Positions 1 through 9,798 of a DNA stretch of 64,000 nt are shown here, piece after piece. A program made the position numbers and the translations under genes. Every line of letters starts with the position of its first letter. Position 1 is the stretch's first letter. Origin of the DNA: Candidatus Latescibacterota bacterium (GTDB taxonomy: Bacteria; Latescibacterota; UBA2968; UBA8231); assembly GCA_965204725.1 (NCBI GenBank), contig OZ242005.1:960001-1024000 (forward strand), given 5' to 3'. Under the pieces are notes generated by a model. It was not told the origin of the DNA and ran no database searches. It saw nothing but the letters and a program-made list of their open reading frames with translations.

Positions 1-10
1 GCGAGCGGCG

Positions 11-2464
11 TTGGGCGAGATTGCGCAGACGCCCGACGAGCTAGACGATCTGTTTGTCCGGCACACGTACCTAAGCATGGTCATCGGCATGGTGGTACAG
101 GCGTACTTTGGCATGGATATTCGGCAACGGGCCGCTAATGATCCAACGGATTTGCTCTACGGACGGCAGTTCCGCGATGACACCGGCCTACAAGACATTA
201 TTGAGTCCGATTTTTTTGCGTGGCCGGCCGAAGTGGGTGGGGAGCCGCTCATTGCGAGGATGGCTGAGCACGTAGCCCGCTTTAACTGGAAGGAAGCCCC
301 CGCCGACATCGCCGCAACTTTATATGAAGCGATTATTCCGCCAGATGAACGCCGCCAGTTGGGTGAGTATTATACCCCAGAATGGCTGGCGCAGGCGATG
401 GTGCAGGAGGTCGTAACGGACCCGCTCGGCCAGCGGGTTCTCGACCCGTCTTGTGGCTCCGGCACGTTTATCGCCGTTGCGGTGCGCCACTTTGTCGAAG
501 CGGCCACACAAGAGATGATGGATCCCAAAGAGGCGTTGAAGCGGCTGCGAGAGGCGGTGATGGGTATTGACGTGCATCCGGTGGCGGTACGGCTGGCTCG
601 CACGGCTTGGGTAATGGCAGCGCGGCCCCTCCTCGAAGCGGCCACCAACGCTGGGTATGCGGGAAACGTAGCGATACCTGTGTATTTGGGGGACGCCTTG
701 CAGTTGCACTACCAAACTGGCGACTTGTTTATCAGCGGCGATATAGGCATTGAGGTGGAGGGCGATGAGTTCGACAAAAGGCTAATTTTCCCGATTCGTT
801 TGGTGGAACAAGCCGACACGTTTGATCGGCTGATGAGCGACATTGCCGATGCGATTGAGCGCGGCCACGATCCGCTCGTTGCGCTGGACGATCACGGGAT
901 TACGGACCCGAACCAGCGACAGACGCTGGCGACGACGATCGGGATCATGCAGGAGCTACACGCCGAAGGGCGCAATCATATATGGGCGTATTACACGCGC
1001 AACTTGGTCCGTCCGGTGGCGTTGAGCCGGCGCAAGGTCGATGTGATTGTCGGCAACCCGCCGTGGCTGAACTATCGCAATACCGCTAGCGTGTTGCGCG
1101 ACAAGCTGGTGCAGCAGAGCAAGGAGCTATATCACATCTGGCAGGGGGGCCGCTATGCAACGCATCAAGATGTCGCCGGACTTTTCTTTGCCCGTAGCGT
1201 CGCGCTCTACCTGAGAACTGGCGGCATCATCGCCATGGTGTTGCCGCACAGTGCGCTGCAAACTGGGCAGTACGCCAAGTGGCGCACGGGACAATGGGGC
1301 GATTTGGCGGTGAATTTCGGCTACAAACCGGCGTGGGATCTGGAAAAACTTGAACCGAACACGTTCTTTCCGGTTGCATCGTGTGTCGCGTTTGCCGAGT
1401 GGATGGGTGAAAATGCCAAAGCGACGCCCTTGAGCGACGAGGTTGAGCAATGGCAGGGGACGACTGGGGCGGAGGATGTGCGGCGGGAGCGGATGGCTAT
1501 TACGGATACGTCGGTTGGTGGAACATCGCCATACGCGGATCGCTTTCGGCAGGGTGCTTCCATTGTGCCGCGCTGTCTTTTCTTTGTCCATGAGGTCGAG
1601 GGCACCACCCTTGTTCGCGCCGCGCAAACCGTTAAGGTGGAGCCGCGCCGAGGCAGCAACGACAAAGCACCGTGGAAGACGCTCGATCTTACTGTTATCA
1701 CCGAGCAGACGATAGAGAAAACGCACTTGTTTGACGTTCACTTAGGAGAGACGGTGGTGCCCTACGCGACGTTGACTCCGCTGAAAGCTCTTTTGCCCTT
1801 AAAACGAAACGACGCTGAACTGCCTGTGGATGCTAATGGAACGGGAAGCATTCATCTCGGTGGGTTGGAACAGCGGATGCGGGGGCGGTGGCAGAAAGTT
1901 AGTACGCTATGGGAGCAGAATAAGGGGGCTAATACCTCTGAGAACTTGCTACAGTGGTTGGACTATCATGGCAAACTCTCGGCGCAACTCGAATGGCGAA
2001 AGAATGACAAGAATGCTCCCATTCGCGTGGTGTACACCGCTTCAGGGCAACCTACGGCGGCGATTATCGAGGCCCATGATACTATAGTTGACTACACGTT
2101 ATTCTGGACACTTTGCAGGGACAATCAAGAGGCCCATTACGTACTCGCCATCATCAATAGTCGCGCCCTGTATGAAACGGCGAAACCATTGATGGCCAAG
2201 GGACAATTCGGGGCGCGCCATTTACAAAAGCACCTGTGGAAATTGTCGATACCGGAATACGATACAACGAACCGTTTGCATCAGAAGATAGCGACCGCCG
2301 GCCAAGCGGCGGCAAGCGGTGCGGCGCAGCAGTTGAATGCACTACGCCAAGAGCGTGGCGCAGCGGTCAGCACGACCATTGCCCGCCGCGAATTGCGTAG
2401 GTGGCTCGCCCAATCGGACGAAGGCAAGCAAGTAGAGACGTTGGTAAAGCAGCTATTGGCGTAA
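11..2464 (+). CDS. N6-adenine DNA methyltransferase / type IIG-like restriction-modification enzyme (5' end probably outside the window)
   Basis: GEYYTP, motif I VLDPSCGSGTF and motif IV IVGNPPW in gamma-class order, then a long C-terminal TRD-like region; frame is open back to the window start. Confidence 0.85.
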   Translation: MGEIAQTPDELDDLFVRHTYLSMVIGMVVQAYFGMDIRQRAANDPTDLLYGRQFRDDTGLQDIIESDFFAWPAEVGGEPLIARMAEHVARFNWKEAPADIAATLYEAIIPPDERRQLGEYYTPEWLAQAMVQEVVTDPLGQRVLDPSCGSGTFIAVAVRHFVEAATQEMMDPKEALKRLREAVMGIDVHPVAVRLARTAWVMAARPLLEAATNAGYAGNVAIPVYLGDALQLHYQTGDLFISGDIGIEVEGDEFDKRLIFPIRLVEQADTFDRLMSDIADAIERGHDPLVALDDHGITDPNQRQTLATTIGIMQELHAEGRNHIWAYYTRNLVRPVALSRRKVDVIVGNPPWLNYRNTASVLRDKLVQQSKELYHIWQGGRYATHQDVAGLFFARSVALYLRTGGIIAMVLPHSALQTGQYAKWRTGQWGDLAVNFGYKPAWDLEKLEPNTFFPVASCVAFAEWMGENAKATPLSDEVEQWQGTTGAEDVRRERMAITDTSVGGTSPYADRFRQGASIVPRCLFFVHEVEGTTLVRAAQTVKVEPRRGSNDKAPWKTLDLTVITEQTIEKTHLFDVHLGETVVPYATLTPLKALLPLKRNDAELPVDANGTGSIHLGGLEQRMRGRWQKVSTLWEQNKGANTSENLLQWLDYHGKLSAQLEWRKNDKNAPIRVVYTASGQPTAAIIEAHDTIVDYTLFWTLCRDNQEAHYVLAIINSRALYETAKPLMAKGQFGARHLQKHLWKLSIPEYDTTNRLHQKIATAGQAAASGAAQQLNALRQERGAAVSTTIARRELRRWLAQSDEGKQVETLVKQLLA

Positions 2465-2487
2465 TCCGCTCCACAGAATAGTACTGT

Positions 2488-2596
2488 CTAAGTACGCGAC
2501 ATTTCCGCTGTGCCTGGGATCGAGGGCGTCCCGCCCTCGACGAGGGCAAGATGCCCTCGATCCCGAGAGGGTTGGCCGCGGGTGTCGTGTAGTAAG
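2488..2596 (+). mobile_element. MITE family A copy 1
   Basis: Ends CTAAGTACGCGACA...GTGTCGTGTAGTAAG (imperfect TIRs) with internal GGGATCGAGGGCGTCCCGCCCTCGACGAGGGCAAGATGCCCTCGATCCC palindrome, shared with copies at 7835, 13726 and 15166; no TSD at this copy. Confidence 0.8.
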
Positions 2597-2628
2597 GTGC
2601 TGGATCGTAGATTTGCAAAAGGAACCCC

Positions 2629-4305
2629 ATGTCCCCCACTGGAATCGACCGCAACCTAACGCACTACGCCGACCCAGGGTTTAGCCGCTACTTGCGTCGC
2701 GCTTTTCTCGCTTCGGCTGGCTACGACGAGGCGGACTTAGATCGGCCCGTCGTCGGCATTGCCGATACCTCGTCCGACTACACCACCTGCCATCGCGCCA
2801 TGCCCCAACTCGTGGACGCGGTCAAACGGGGTGTGCTGGAAGCAGGCGGGCTGCCCTTGGTCTTTCCGACCCTTTCCCTCGGCGAAATCTTCCTGTCGCC
2901 AACCGCCATGCTCTACCGCAACCTCATGGCCATGGCGACCGAGGAAATGATCGCCGCCCAGCCCATGGACTCAGTAGTGCTGCTCGGCGGCTGCGACAAA
3001 ACCCTGCCGGCCCAACTCATGGCCTCCGCTTCCGCGCCCGTGCCTGCCATCCACCTCGTCGCCGGGCCGATGCTGGCCGGGGACTGGCGGGGCGAGCGGT
3101 TGGGCGCGTGTACGGATTGCCGCCGCTACTGGGCGCAGCACCGGGCCGGCGCACTCAACGCCGCGGAAATCGCCGCGGTTGAGCAGAGCCTGTGCCCAAC
3201 GGCCGGGACCTGCATGGTCATGGGCACGGCCTCAACCATGGCCTGTGTGGCCGAAACCCTCGGGCTGATGCTGCCGGGCGCGGCCACCCCCCCGGCGGTC
3301 TCAAGCCAGCGCTTGCGGCTTGGGGTGGCCACGGGTCGCCGGGCCGTAGCCTTAGCCACTGAGGGCCGCTCGGCGCGGGACATCCTAACGCCAGCGGCCT
3401 TTGCCAACGCGCTCAAGGTGCTGGCCGCACTGAGCGGCTCGACGAATGCGGTCGTGCATCTGCTCGCCATTGCGCGTCGGGTCGGCGTAGGCTTGTCGCT
3501 AGACGACTTTCACGCGGCCGCCCAACAAGTCCCCCTGCTCGTCGATTGCAAGCCAGCGGGCACTGGGTACATGGAGGATTTTGACAAGGCCGGCGGCGTA
3601 CCCGTCCTACTCAAGGCACTGGCGCCGATGCTCGACCTCAATGCGGTGGGAGTCACCGGGCAAACGCTCGGCGCACTTTTGCAGGAGGTGGCCGCGCTCG
3701 GCGCGTGGCAGACTGCTATTCGCACCTTGGACGCGCCGCTGGGGCCAGCGTCCTCCCTCGTGGTGCTAAAAGGCTCGCTCGCGCCCGATGGAGCGGTCTT
3801 AAAAAAGGCCACCTCGTCCCCCCACCTGCACAAGCACCGAGGGCCGGCCGTCGTGTTCGACGGACCGGACGCCGCGGCGGGCGTTGACGACCCCGCGTTG
3901 GGCATTACGCCGGAGCACGTGCTGGTGTTGCGCGGGGCCGGGCCGGTGGCCCTCGGCATGCCCGAAGTCGGCTCCATGCCCTTGCCCAAGCACCTCGCCG
4001 CCCAAGGGGTCGAGGACATGGTGCGGGTCTCCGATGGGCGAATGAGCGGCACGGCGTATGGGACAGTCGCTTTGCACGTGGCACCGGAAGCGGTCATTGG
4101 GGGGCCGCTGGCGCTGGTCCGCAACGGCGATCTGATTGAGTTGGACGTAGAAGCCGGACGCTTGGATTTGCTCGTCCCGGAGGAAACCCTCGCTCGCCGG
4201 CGGGCCGAATGGACCGCGCCCTCCGCGCCCGCCCGTGGGTGGCCGCGGCTGTACGCCGAGCGCGTATTGCAGGCGAACTTGGGGGCGGATTTGGATTTCT
4301 GCTAA
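2629..4305 (+). CDS. IlvD/Edd-family dehydratase (likely sugar-acid dehydratase)
   Basis: GCDKT, GTCMVMGTASTM, LSGSTN, DGRMSGT and HVAPEA motifs. Confidence 0.9.
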   Translation: MSPTGIDRNLTHYADPGFSRYLRRAFLASAGYDEADLDRPVVGIADTSSDYTTCHRAMPQLVDAVKRGVLEAGGLPLVFPTLSLGEIFLSPTAMLYRNLMAMATEEMIAAQPMDSVVLLGGCDKTLPAQLMASASAPVPAIHLVAGPMLAGDWRGERLGACTDCRRYWAQHRAGALNAAEIAAVEQSLCPTAGTCMVMGTASTMACVAETLGLMLPGAATPPAVSSQRLRLGVATGRRAVALATEGRSARDILTPAAFANALKVLAALSGSTNAVVHLLAIARRVGVGLSLDDFHAAAQQVPLLVDCKPAGTGYMEDFDKAGGVPVLLKALAPMLDLNAVGVTGQTLGALLQEVAALGAWQTAIRTLDAPLGPASSLVVLKGSLAPDGAVLKKATSSPHLHKHRGPAVVFDGPDAAAGVDDPALGITPEHVLVLRGAGPVALGMPEVGSMPLPKHLAAQGVEDMVRVSDGRMSGTAYGTVALHVAPEAVIGGPLALVRNGDLIELDVEAGRLDLLVPEETLARRRAEWTAPSAPARGWPRLYAERVLQANLGADLDFC

Positions 4306-4324
4306 ACAACGCAAGGAGGAATAC

Positions 4325-5677
4325 ATGCTTAGCGCATTGCTCGCCGACCGCGAGCGGCAAGGCAAACCGATCCGCGTCGGCATCATCGGCGCGGGAAAAT
4401 TCGGCGGGGGGCTGGTCGCGCAGATTGCCCAAATGCAGGGCATGGTCGTCGCGGCCATTGCCGACATTGACTTGGCCCGTGCTCGCTACGCATACGCGGC
4501 GGGGTATGGAAATGTTGCAGTGGAAACGGCCGACAGCCCGCGGGCGGTGGCCGAGGCCATTGGCGCGGGGAAATTTACCGCTGTTGAAGACGGGCTGTTG
4601 GTCGCACAGGCCGCAGACTTAGACGTGGTGGTGGAAGCGACGGGATCGATCTCGGTCGGAGCCAGCATGGCCAGCGCGGCCATTGCCAGCGGCAACCACC
4701 TCGTGATGGTCAACGTCGAAACCGATGTGACGATCGGGACGCTGCTCAAGCACAAGGCCGACCGGGCGGGTGTGGTGTACTCGCTCGTCGATGGCGATCA
4801 GCCCGGGGTGGTCATGAACATGATCGAATGGGCGCGGTCCCTCGGCTTGGAGGTCGTGGCTGCGGGCCGCGGCACCGTGCTCTTGGCCGACGATCCCCAA
4901 GGCACCCCGGACGACACGGCGGCGCGGTTTGGCTTTGACGCAGAAACCCTGCAACGGCGCAACATCAGCTTGAAGATGTACAACTCCTTCCGCGACGGGA
5001 CCAAGGCCCAGGTCGAAGCCACGGCCATCGCCAACATGGCCGGGCTAGTGCCCGACATAAGGGGCATGCACGAGCCGTCGTGCAATTTGGTGGACATCCC
5101 ACAAAAATTCAGCTTGGTTGAAGAAGGGGGGCTGCTGAGCCAACGCGGGGTCGTTGAGCTCGCCAACAGCGTCGCCGAGGACGGCAAGACCCTGCTCGCC
5201 GACCCGCTGCGGATGGGCGTCTTTGTCGTCGTCCGCAGCGAGCACCCCTTTACCATAGAAGACCTCGCCGCCTATCACCTGCATCCGGGCGGCGACGGCA
5301 AAAACTTCCTCCTCTACCGCCCCTACCACTTGGTGGCGGTTGAGGCCCCGATCACCCTCGCCAAAGTCGCGCTCTACGGCCTGCCAACCGGCGCCCCGCG
5401 CCCCGTGCCTACCGCCGATGTGATCGCCGTAGCCAAGCGGGCACTCCGAGCCGGAGAGACGCTCGACGGCGGGGGCGGCTACACCGTGTTGGGACAGAGC
5501 GAAAAGGCGACTGTGGCGCGCCAAGAGGGGCTGTTGCCGTTGGGATTGTCGGATGGAGCCGTGCTCAAGCAAGACGTGCGGCAAGGCGACGCCATAGGCT
5601 ACGCCATGGTCAATTTGCCGGATTCGCTCGCATTGCAACTACGGCGCGAGCAGGACGCGATGTGCGAACAAACTTGA
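4325..5677 (+). CDS. NAD(P)-dependent oxidoreductase with C-terminal SAF domain (homoserine dehydrogenase-like, COG4091 type)
   Basis: AGGAGG RBS before ATG 4325; GIIGAGKFG Rossmann motif, NVETDVTIG, GDQPG, DGTK, RPYHL; C-terminal AKRALRAGETLDG SAF segment. Confidence 0.8.
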   Translation: MLSALLADRERQGKPIRVGIIGAGKFGGGLVAQIAQMQGMVVAAIADIDLARARYAYAAGYGNVAVETADSPRAVAEAIGAGKFTAVEDGLLVAQAADLDVVVEATGSISVGASMASAAIASGNHLVMVNVETDVTIGTLLKHKADRAGVVYSLVDGDQPGVVMNMIEWARSLGLEVVAAGRGTVLLADDPQGTPDDTAARFGFDAETLQRRNISLKMYNSFRDGTKAQVEATAIANMAGLVPDIRGMHEPSCNLVDIPQKFSLVEEGGLLSQRGVVELANSVAEDGKTLLADPLRMGVFVVVRSEHPFTIEDLAAYHLHPGGDGKNFLLYRPYHLVAVEAPITLAKVALYGLPTGAPRPVPTADVIAVAKRALRAGETLDGGGGYTVLGQSEKATVARQEGLLPLGLSDGAVLKQDVRQGDAIGYAMVNLPDSLALQLRREQDAMCEQT

Positions 5678-5713
5678 AGTGTTTGTTGCAGAGTTATCGA
5701 GGGTGCTCGGAGT

Positions 5714-5756
5714 AAAAATAAAAAAAGGGGAAGGGCCGTGCGGCCCCTCCCCTTTT
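5714..5756 (-). terminator. Rho-independent terminator of hsp20
   Basis: GC hairpin GGGGAGGGGCCGCACGGCCCTTCCCC followed by a T-run on the minus strand just after the hsp20 stop. Confidence 0.8.
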
Positions 5757-5773
5757 GCGCGTCTCAAGGCTGG

Positions 5774-6235
5774 CTAGCCGGCCTTGACTTGGACCTGTCG
5801 GACGACCTTTTTGGCCTCCTCCTTTTTGGGGAGGTGGATGGCCAAGACGCCGTTTTTGAACTGGGCTTCGATCTTGTCGGCCTCCACGCCATCGGGCAGG
5901 TGGAAGGCGCGCTCGAAGCGGCCGTAGGTGCGCTCTTGGCGGAAGAACTGGCCTTCCTTCGCCTCGTGGTCGCTGCTCTTTTCACCCCGCAACACGAGGG
6001 TCCCCTCGGCGATGGACAGTTCGAGGTCCTTGTCCTCCAGCCCCGGCAGTTCGGCCGAGATTTCGTAGGAGTCGTCTTCCTCCCGGACGTCGATGCGAGG
6101 GGTGAACGCCGCGTTGCCGGACAAAACGGGCAAGCGCGAGTCGTCGCCAAAGAAGGCGTCGAAGAGGTGATCGAACGGGCTGCGCCACGGGCGATTGCTG
6201 ACGCGCACGCTGGGTAGTAAGGTTTTGACGGCCAT
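5774..6235 (-). CDS. Hsp20/alpha-crystallin small heat shock protein
   Basis: PRIDVRE, AELPG, ERTYGRFERAFHLP, AQFKNGVLAIHLPK; AAGGAG RBS. Confidence 0.95.
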   Translation of the reverse strand: MAVKTLLPSVRVSNRPWRSPFDHLFDAFFGDDSRLPVLSGNAAFTPRIDVREEDDSYEISAELPGLEDKDLELSIAEGTLVLRGEKSSDHEAKEGQFFRQERTYGRFERAFHLPDGVEADKIEAQFKNGVLAIHLPKKEEAKKVVRQVQVKAG

Positions 6236-6291
6236 GATGGTTTCTCCTTTTGTTGAGTGGTGGTTGGTTTGTATGGCCTTTGCCCATTGTA

Positions 6292-6307
6292 TGCAAAAGC
6301 CGTGCCA
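6292..6307 (-). promoter_or_regulatory. sigma54 (-24/-12) promoter of hsp20
   Basis: Minus strand TGGCAC-GGCTT-TTGCA matches TGGCAC-N5-TTGC. Confidence 0.75.
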
Positions 6308-6488
6308 ACACTTTTAGAATGTTCCATATCTCGTTGTTATACATAGAGTTGAGAATTTTTGACGCAAAGAGGCCTCGGTCCGTATTGTCAGCGCGGCTTG
6401 GAAAAATTGGCAGGCGTTGTGCATAATTGGCCGAAGTCCGTGCCGTTATTGCACGGAAGCCCTTGTCCCCTACTAGAAAGGAATTGTT

Positions 6489-7826
6489 GTGATCGACTGG
6501 GAAGCTGTGTGCGCCGAGGTGACCGGGCATTTGCAGGCTCTCATCCGCCTCGACACCACCAACCCCCCGGGCAACGAAAGCAAGGCCGCGCGCTATCTCG
6601 AAGGCGTGCTGCGGCGGGAGGGCTTTGAGCCGGTCTTCGTCGAGTCCGCGCCCGGACGGGGCAATGTCCTCGCGCGGCTAGCCGGGGGCGACGAGCCGCC
6701 GCTGATGCTATTGGGACATACAGACGTGGTGGCCGCCGAGCCGGAGCACTGGACCCACCCGCCTTTTTCTGGGGTGCTAGCCGACGGCTGCGTGTGGGGA
6801 CGGGGTGCGTTGGATATGAAGAACATGGTCGCAACGAATCTGATGGTGTTGCTCTTGTTGCAGCGAGAAGGCGTCCGGCTCAACCGCGACATCGTCTTTG
6901 CCGCCACAGCCGACGAGGAAGCGGGCAAAGGGAATCACGGGCCGGGGTGGATTATCGACCATCGGCCCGAGCTGTGGGACGCGCCCCTGATCATCACCGA
7001 GGGCGGCGGCAGCGACTTCGCAGTCGGCGAGCAGCGGTTTTACACTTGCCAGACCGGGCAAAAGGGGTTGTGTCGGCTGCGCCTGATCGCCCGCGGAACG
7101 CCCGGGCACGGGTCCATGCCGCAGGGCGACAGCGCGATTGTCAAGCTGGCGAGCGCACTGGCTGGCTTGGAAGGAGCCGCGTTCCCCGCGCATGTATCCG
7201 CGAGTGTGCGCCGCTTTGTCGAGGGGATTGCCAGCCGCTGTCCCGCCGCCGAGGCCGCCCGGTGGCAACAAGTGCTTGACGAAGCGACAGCCGATGCCGC
7301 GCTGCGCGCACTGCCCATCGGCCATACCTTGCGCCGCGAGTTGAGCGCGGTGCTGCACAACACGGCCTCAGCGACCATGGTGCAGGCTGGCTCCAAAATC
7401 AACGTGATTCCGGGCGAGGCGACCGCTTGGATCGATGGGCGCTTAGTGCCCGGGCAAACGGCCGAGAGTTTCGCGGTCGAGCTGCGCACGTTTGTCGGCG
7501 ATGAGGTCGCCATTGAGATCGATCAGTACACGCCGCCGTTGGAGGCGAGCGCGGATACGGCCCTCTTCCGCACGATCGCAGCCGTGATGCAGGAACGCGA
7601 GCCGGACGCCCCAGTACTCCCGTATCTGATGCCAGCCGGCACCGACGCCAAGCACATTGTGCCGCGCCGTCCCGAAACCCAGATCTACGGCTTTATGCCC
7701 TATCGGCAGCAGCCGGGCGAGGAGGAGCTGGAATTGATCCACGGCCACGACGAGCGCACCGCGGTGGCAGAGCTGCTCTTTGCAACGCAGGTGCTCTACG
7801 AAATCGTCTGTCGCTTCGGGAGGTAG
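6489..7826 (+). CDS. M20/M25/M40 family metallopeptidase (ArgE/DapE-like)
   Basis: LLGHTDVV, GRGALDMK, ADEE, GHGSMP, GTDAK, HGHDER. Confidence 0.9.
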   Translation: MIDWEAVCAEVTGHLQALIRLDTTNPPGNESKAARYLEGVLRREGFEPVFVESAPGRGNVLARLAGGDEPPLMLLGHTDVVAAEPEHWTHPPFSGVLADGCVWGRGALDMKNMVATNLMVLLLLQREGVRLNRDIVFAATADEEAGKGNHGPGWIIDHRPELWDAPLIITEGGGSDFAVGEQRFYTCQTGQKGLCRLRLIARGTPGHGSMPQGDSAIVKLASALAGLEGAAFPAHVSASVRRFVEGIASRCPAAEAARWQQVLDEATADAALRALPIGHTLRRELSAVLHNTASATMVQAGSKINVIPGEATAWIDGRLVPGQTAESFAVELRTFVGDEVAIEIDQYTPPLEASADTALFRTIAAVMQEREPDAPVLPYLMPAGTDAKHIVPRRPETQIYGFMPYRQQPGEEELELIHGHDERTAVAELLFATQVLYEIVCRFGR

Positions 7827-7834
7827 AGCGGCAC

Positions 7835-7950
7835 CTAAGTCCGCGACCCTTGCTTTGAGTCCGCCTTTTCTGGTGTTCCCGTTGCGTCCGGGATCGAGGG
7901 CGTCCCGCCCTCGATCCTTGGAAGGCGGAGGGCTGATGTCGTGTAGTAAA
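7835..7950 (+). mobile_element. MITE family A copy 2 with 9-bp target-site duplication
   Basis: Same ends as the other copies; flanked by GAGCGGCAC at 7826-7834 and 7951-7959. Confidence 0.85.
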
Positions 7951-7958
7951 GAGCGGCA

Positions 7959-8459
7959 CTAGCTCGGATCGACGACCGCGACTCCGTCGTCGATTTCGAG
8001 GACCAAGACCCGGTCGCCGGGGTTGAGCGGGCCTTGAGCGTCGGCCCGGCGCGCCAACAGTTCGATGGTGCGGCCTTGGACGATAGCGGAAATTTTGCCG
8101 GTGCTGCCCCGGGCGATGGGGACCGTGACTTCGGCTTCGAGGCCGATTAAGTCGTCCCCCTCCAGCGAACTATCGGCGCTCGACCCGCTCAACCGATTCA
8201 GAACCCAGTCGCCCAAGAAGGAACAGACCGCGCCGGTCCCCAGTGCTGTGAACAACGCAGCACCCGCGCCCATCAGCAGGCTGCCGAGCACCCCGGCCAG
8301 TCCGAAGAAGAAGGCAAAAAAGAACAGCAACCGCAGCCGCAAAACGGCCAGTGCCCGCAGGCCGTCGCCCAAGCCCTCGCCATCCCCGCCAACCAGCGAG
8401 GCCCCAACGGCGATTCCCCCGACTATTAAGCCGCTCCAGTACAGATACGAGAAATCCAC
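7959..8459 (-). CDS. NfeD-like membrane protein (C-terminal OB fold)
   Basis: GTG start just after the flotillin stop; hydrophobic N-terminus; LIGLEAEVTVPI...GDRVLVLEI NfeD-type C-terminus. Confidence 0.8.
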   Translation of the reverse strand: MDFSYLYWSGLIVGGIAVGASLVGGDGEGLGDGLRALAVLRLRLLFFFAFFFGLAGVLGSLLMGAGAALFTALGTGAVCSFLGDWVLNRLSGSSADSSLEGDDLIGLEAEVTVPIARGSTGKISAIVQGRTIELLARRADAQGPLNPGDRVLVLEIDDGVAVVDPS

Positions 8460-8460
8460 G

Positions 8461-9747
8461 CTACGCTTCCGCTTCCCGCGCTGGGACTGGGCCGGCGGTC
8501 GCGTCGCCGATGACAGCGGCCAGATCGACGCCGGTAGTGGCCTTGATGCTTGCAAAGAGGGCCGGAGCCAGCGAGCCGATCTGGCTGACGACCGCTGGCA
8601 GCCCGCTTTGACCGCCGTTGCCGGAATCGACGACCGCGAGATGGTCAATTTGGATGTCCTTGGCCATGGCGGTGATTTGCTCGACCAAGTTCGGCAGCAT
8701 CTGGATCAACAATAGTTCCTTGCCATTGGGGCCGGCGATGGTCCAGACCTCGTTTTTCTGCTTGAGGACCTCGATCTCGGCGAGGCCGTTTTCGAGGATG
8801 TTGGCCGCCGCGCCCTTGGCGCGCAATTCGGCCGCGTCGCGGTCGGCGCGGGCCGGCTCAATGACCTCGATCTCTAGCTGGCGCTTCTGCAGGGCCAAGC
8901 GTTCCTGCTCGACCTCCTGCTCGGCTTGGACTTCGGCTTTGCGGGCTACTTGCGCGGCGCGTTTCTCAGCGGCCGAGCCCTCGCCTTCCAACTCGGCCTT
9001 GCGAACTCGGAGCGTGTTTTGGGCATCGACGATCTGGACTTGGGCTTCGGCGTCGGCGACCTCGCCGCGGCGGCGGGCCTCGGCGGATTTCTCCTGTGAT
9101 TCAGCGCGGTTTTCGGCCTCGGCGATTTCGGCTTCCTTGAGGACGGCCGCCGTGCTCTTGCGGCCGATGGCGTCGAGATAGCCCACCTCGTCGGAGACGT
9201 TCTGGATTTTGAGCGTGTCGAGCACCAAGCCCAGCTTCTGTAGATCGACGTCCGCCTCGCCAATGAGCGATTGGGCAAATTTGAGGCGGTCTTCGTTGAC
9301 CTCTTCGGGAGTTAGGGTGGCGAGGACGCCGCGCAGGTTGCCTTCGAGGGTGTCCTTGGCAATGTCTTGGACTTGGGTGAGCTCTTTGCCCAAGAACCGC
9401 TCTAGCGCGTTGCCGAGCAGGGGCTCGTCACCGGCGATCTTGATGTTGGCGATGCCTTGCACCGACAGCGGGATCCCGCCTTTGGAGTACGCGTTGGTGA
9501 TCGCTACTTCGAGGGGGATGGTGCGCAAGTCGAGGCGATCGACCTTTTCGAGGAGCGGGATGCGGAAGGCGCGGCCTCCCTTGATGACGCGATAGCCCAC
9601 CGTGCGGCCATCGGCCGTCTGGCGTTTGCGGCCCGAGAAGATGATGACTTCGTTGGGCTGGCAGATAAAGAGATTCGTCGTGACGATGATGATGACCACG
9701 ACGAGCAACGCCGCAAAAACTAAGGCGAAGGTCAGGAGCATTTCCAT
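8461..9747 (-). CDS. Flotillin / SPFH domain protein
   Basis: N-terminal TM helix, PNEVIIFSG, TLEGNLRGVLATLTPEE, Ala/Glu-rich coiled coil. Confidence 0.9.
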   Translation of the reverse strand: MEMLLTFALVFAALLVVVIIIVTTNLFICQPNEVIIFSGRKRQTADGRTVGYRVIKGGRAFRIPLLEKVDRLDLRTIPLEVAITNAYSKGGIPLSVQGIANIKIAGDEPLLGNALERFLGKELTQVQDIAKDTLEGNLRGVLATLTPEEVNEDRLKFAQSLIGEADVDLQKLGLVLDTLKIQNVSDEVGYLDAIGRKSTAAVLKEAEIAEAENRAESQEKSAEARRRGEVADAEAQVQIVDAQNTLRVRKAELEGEGSAAEKRAAQVARKAEVQAEQEVEQERLALQKRQLEIEVIEPARADRDAAELRAKGAAANILENGLAEIEVLKQKNEVWTIAGPNGKELLLIQMLPNLVEQITAMAKDIQIDHLAVVDSGNGGQSGLPAVVSQIGSLAPALFASIKATTGVDLAAVIGDATAGPVPAREAEA

Positions 9748-9798
9748 CGGGAGCCTCCTACGGTGCTTGGGGTTCTCTACGAGCGTTTCCCCGACAAT

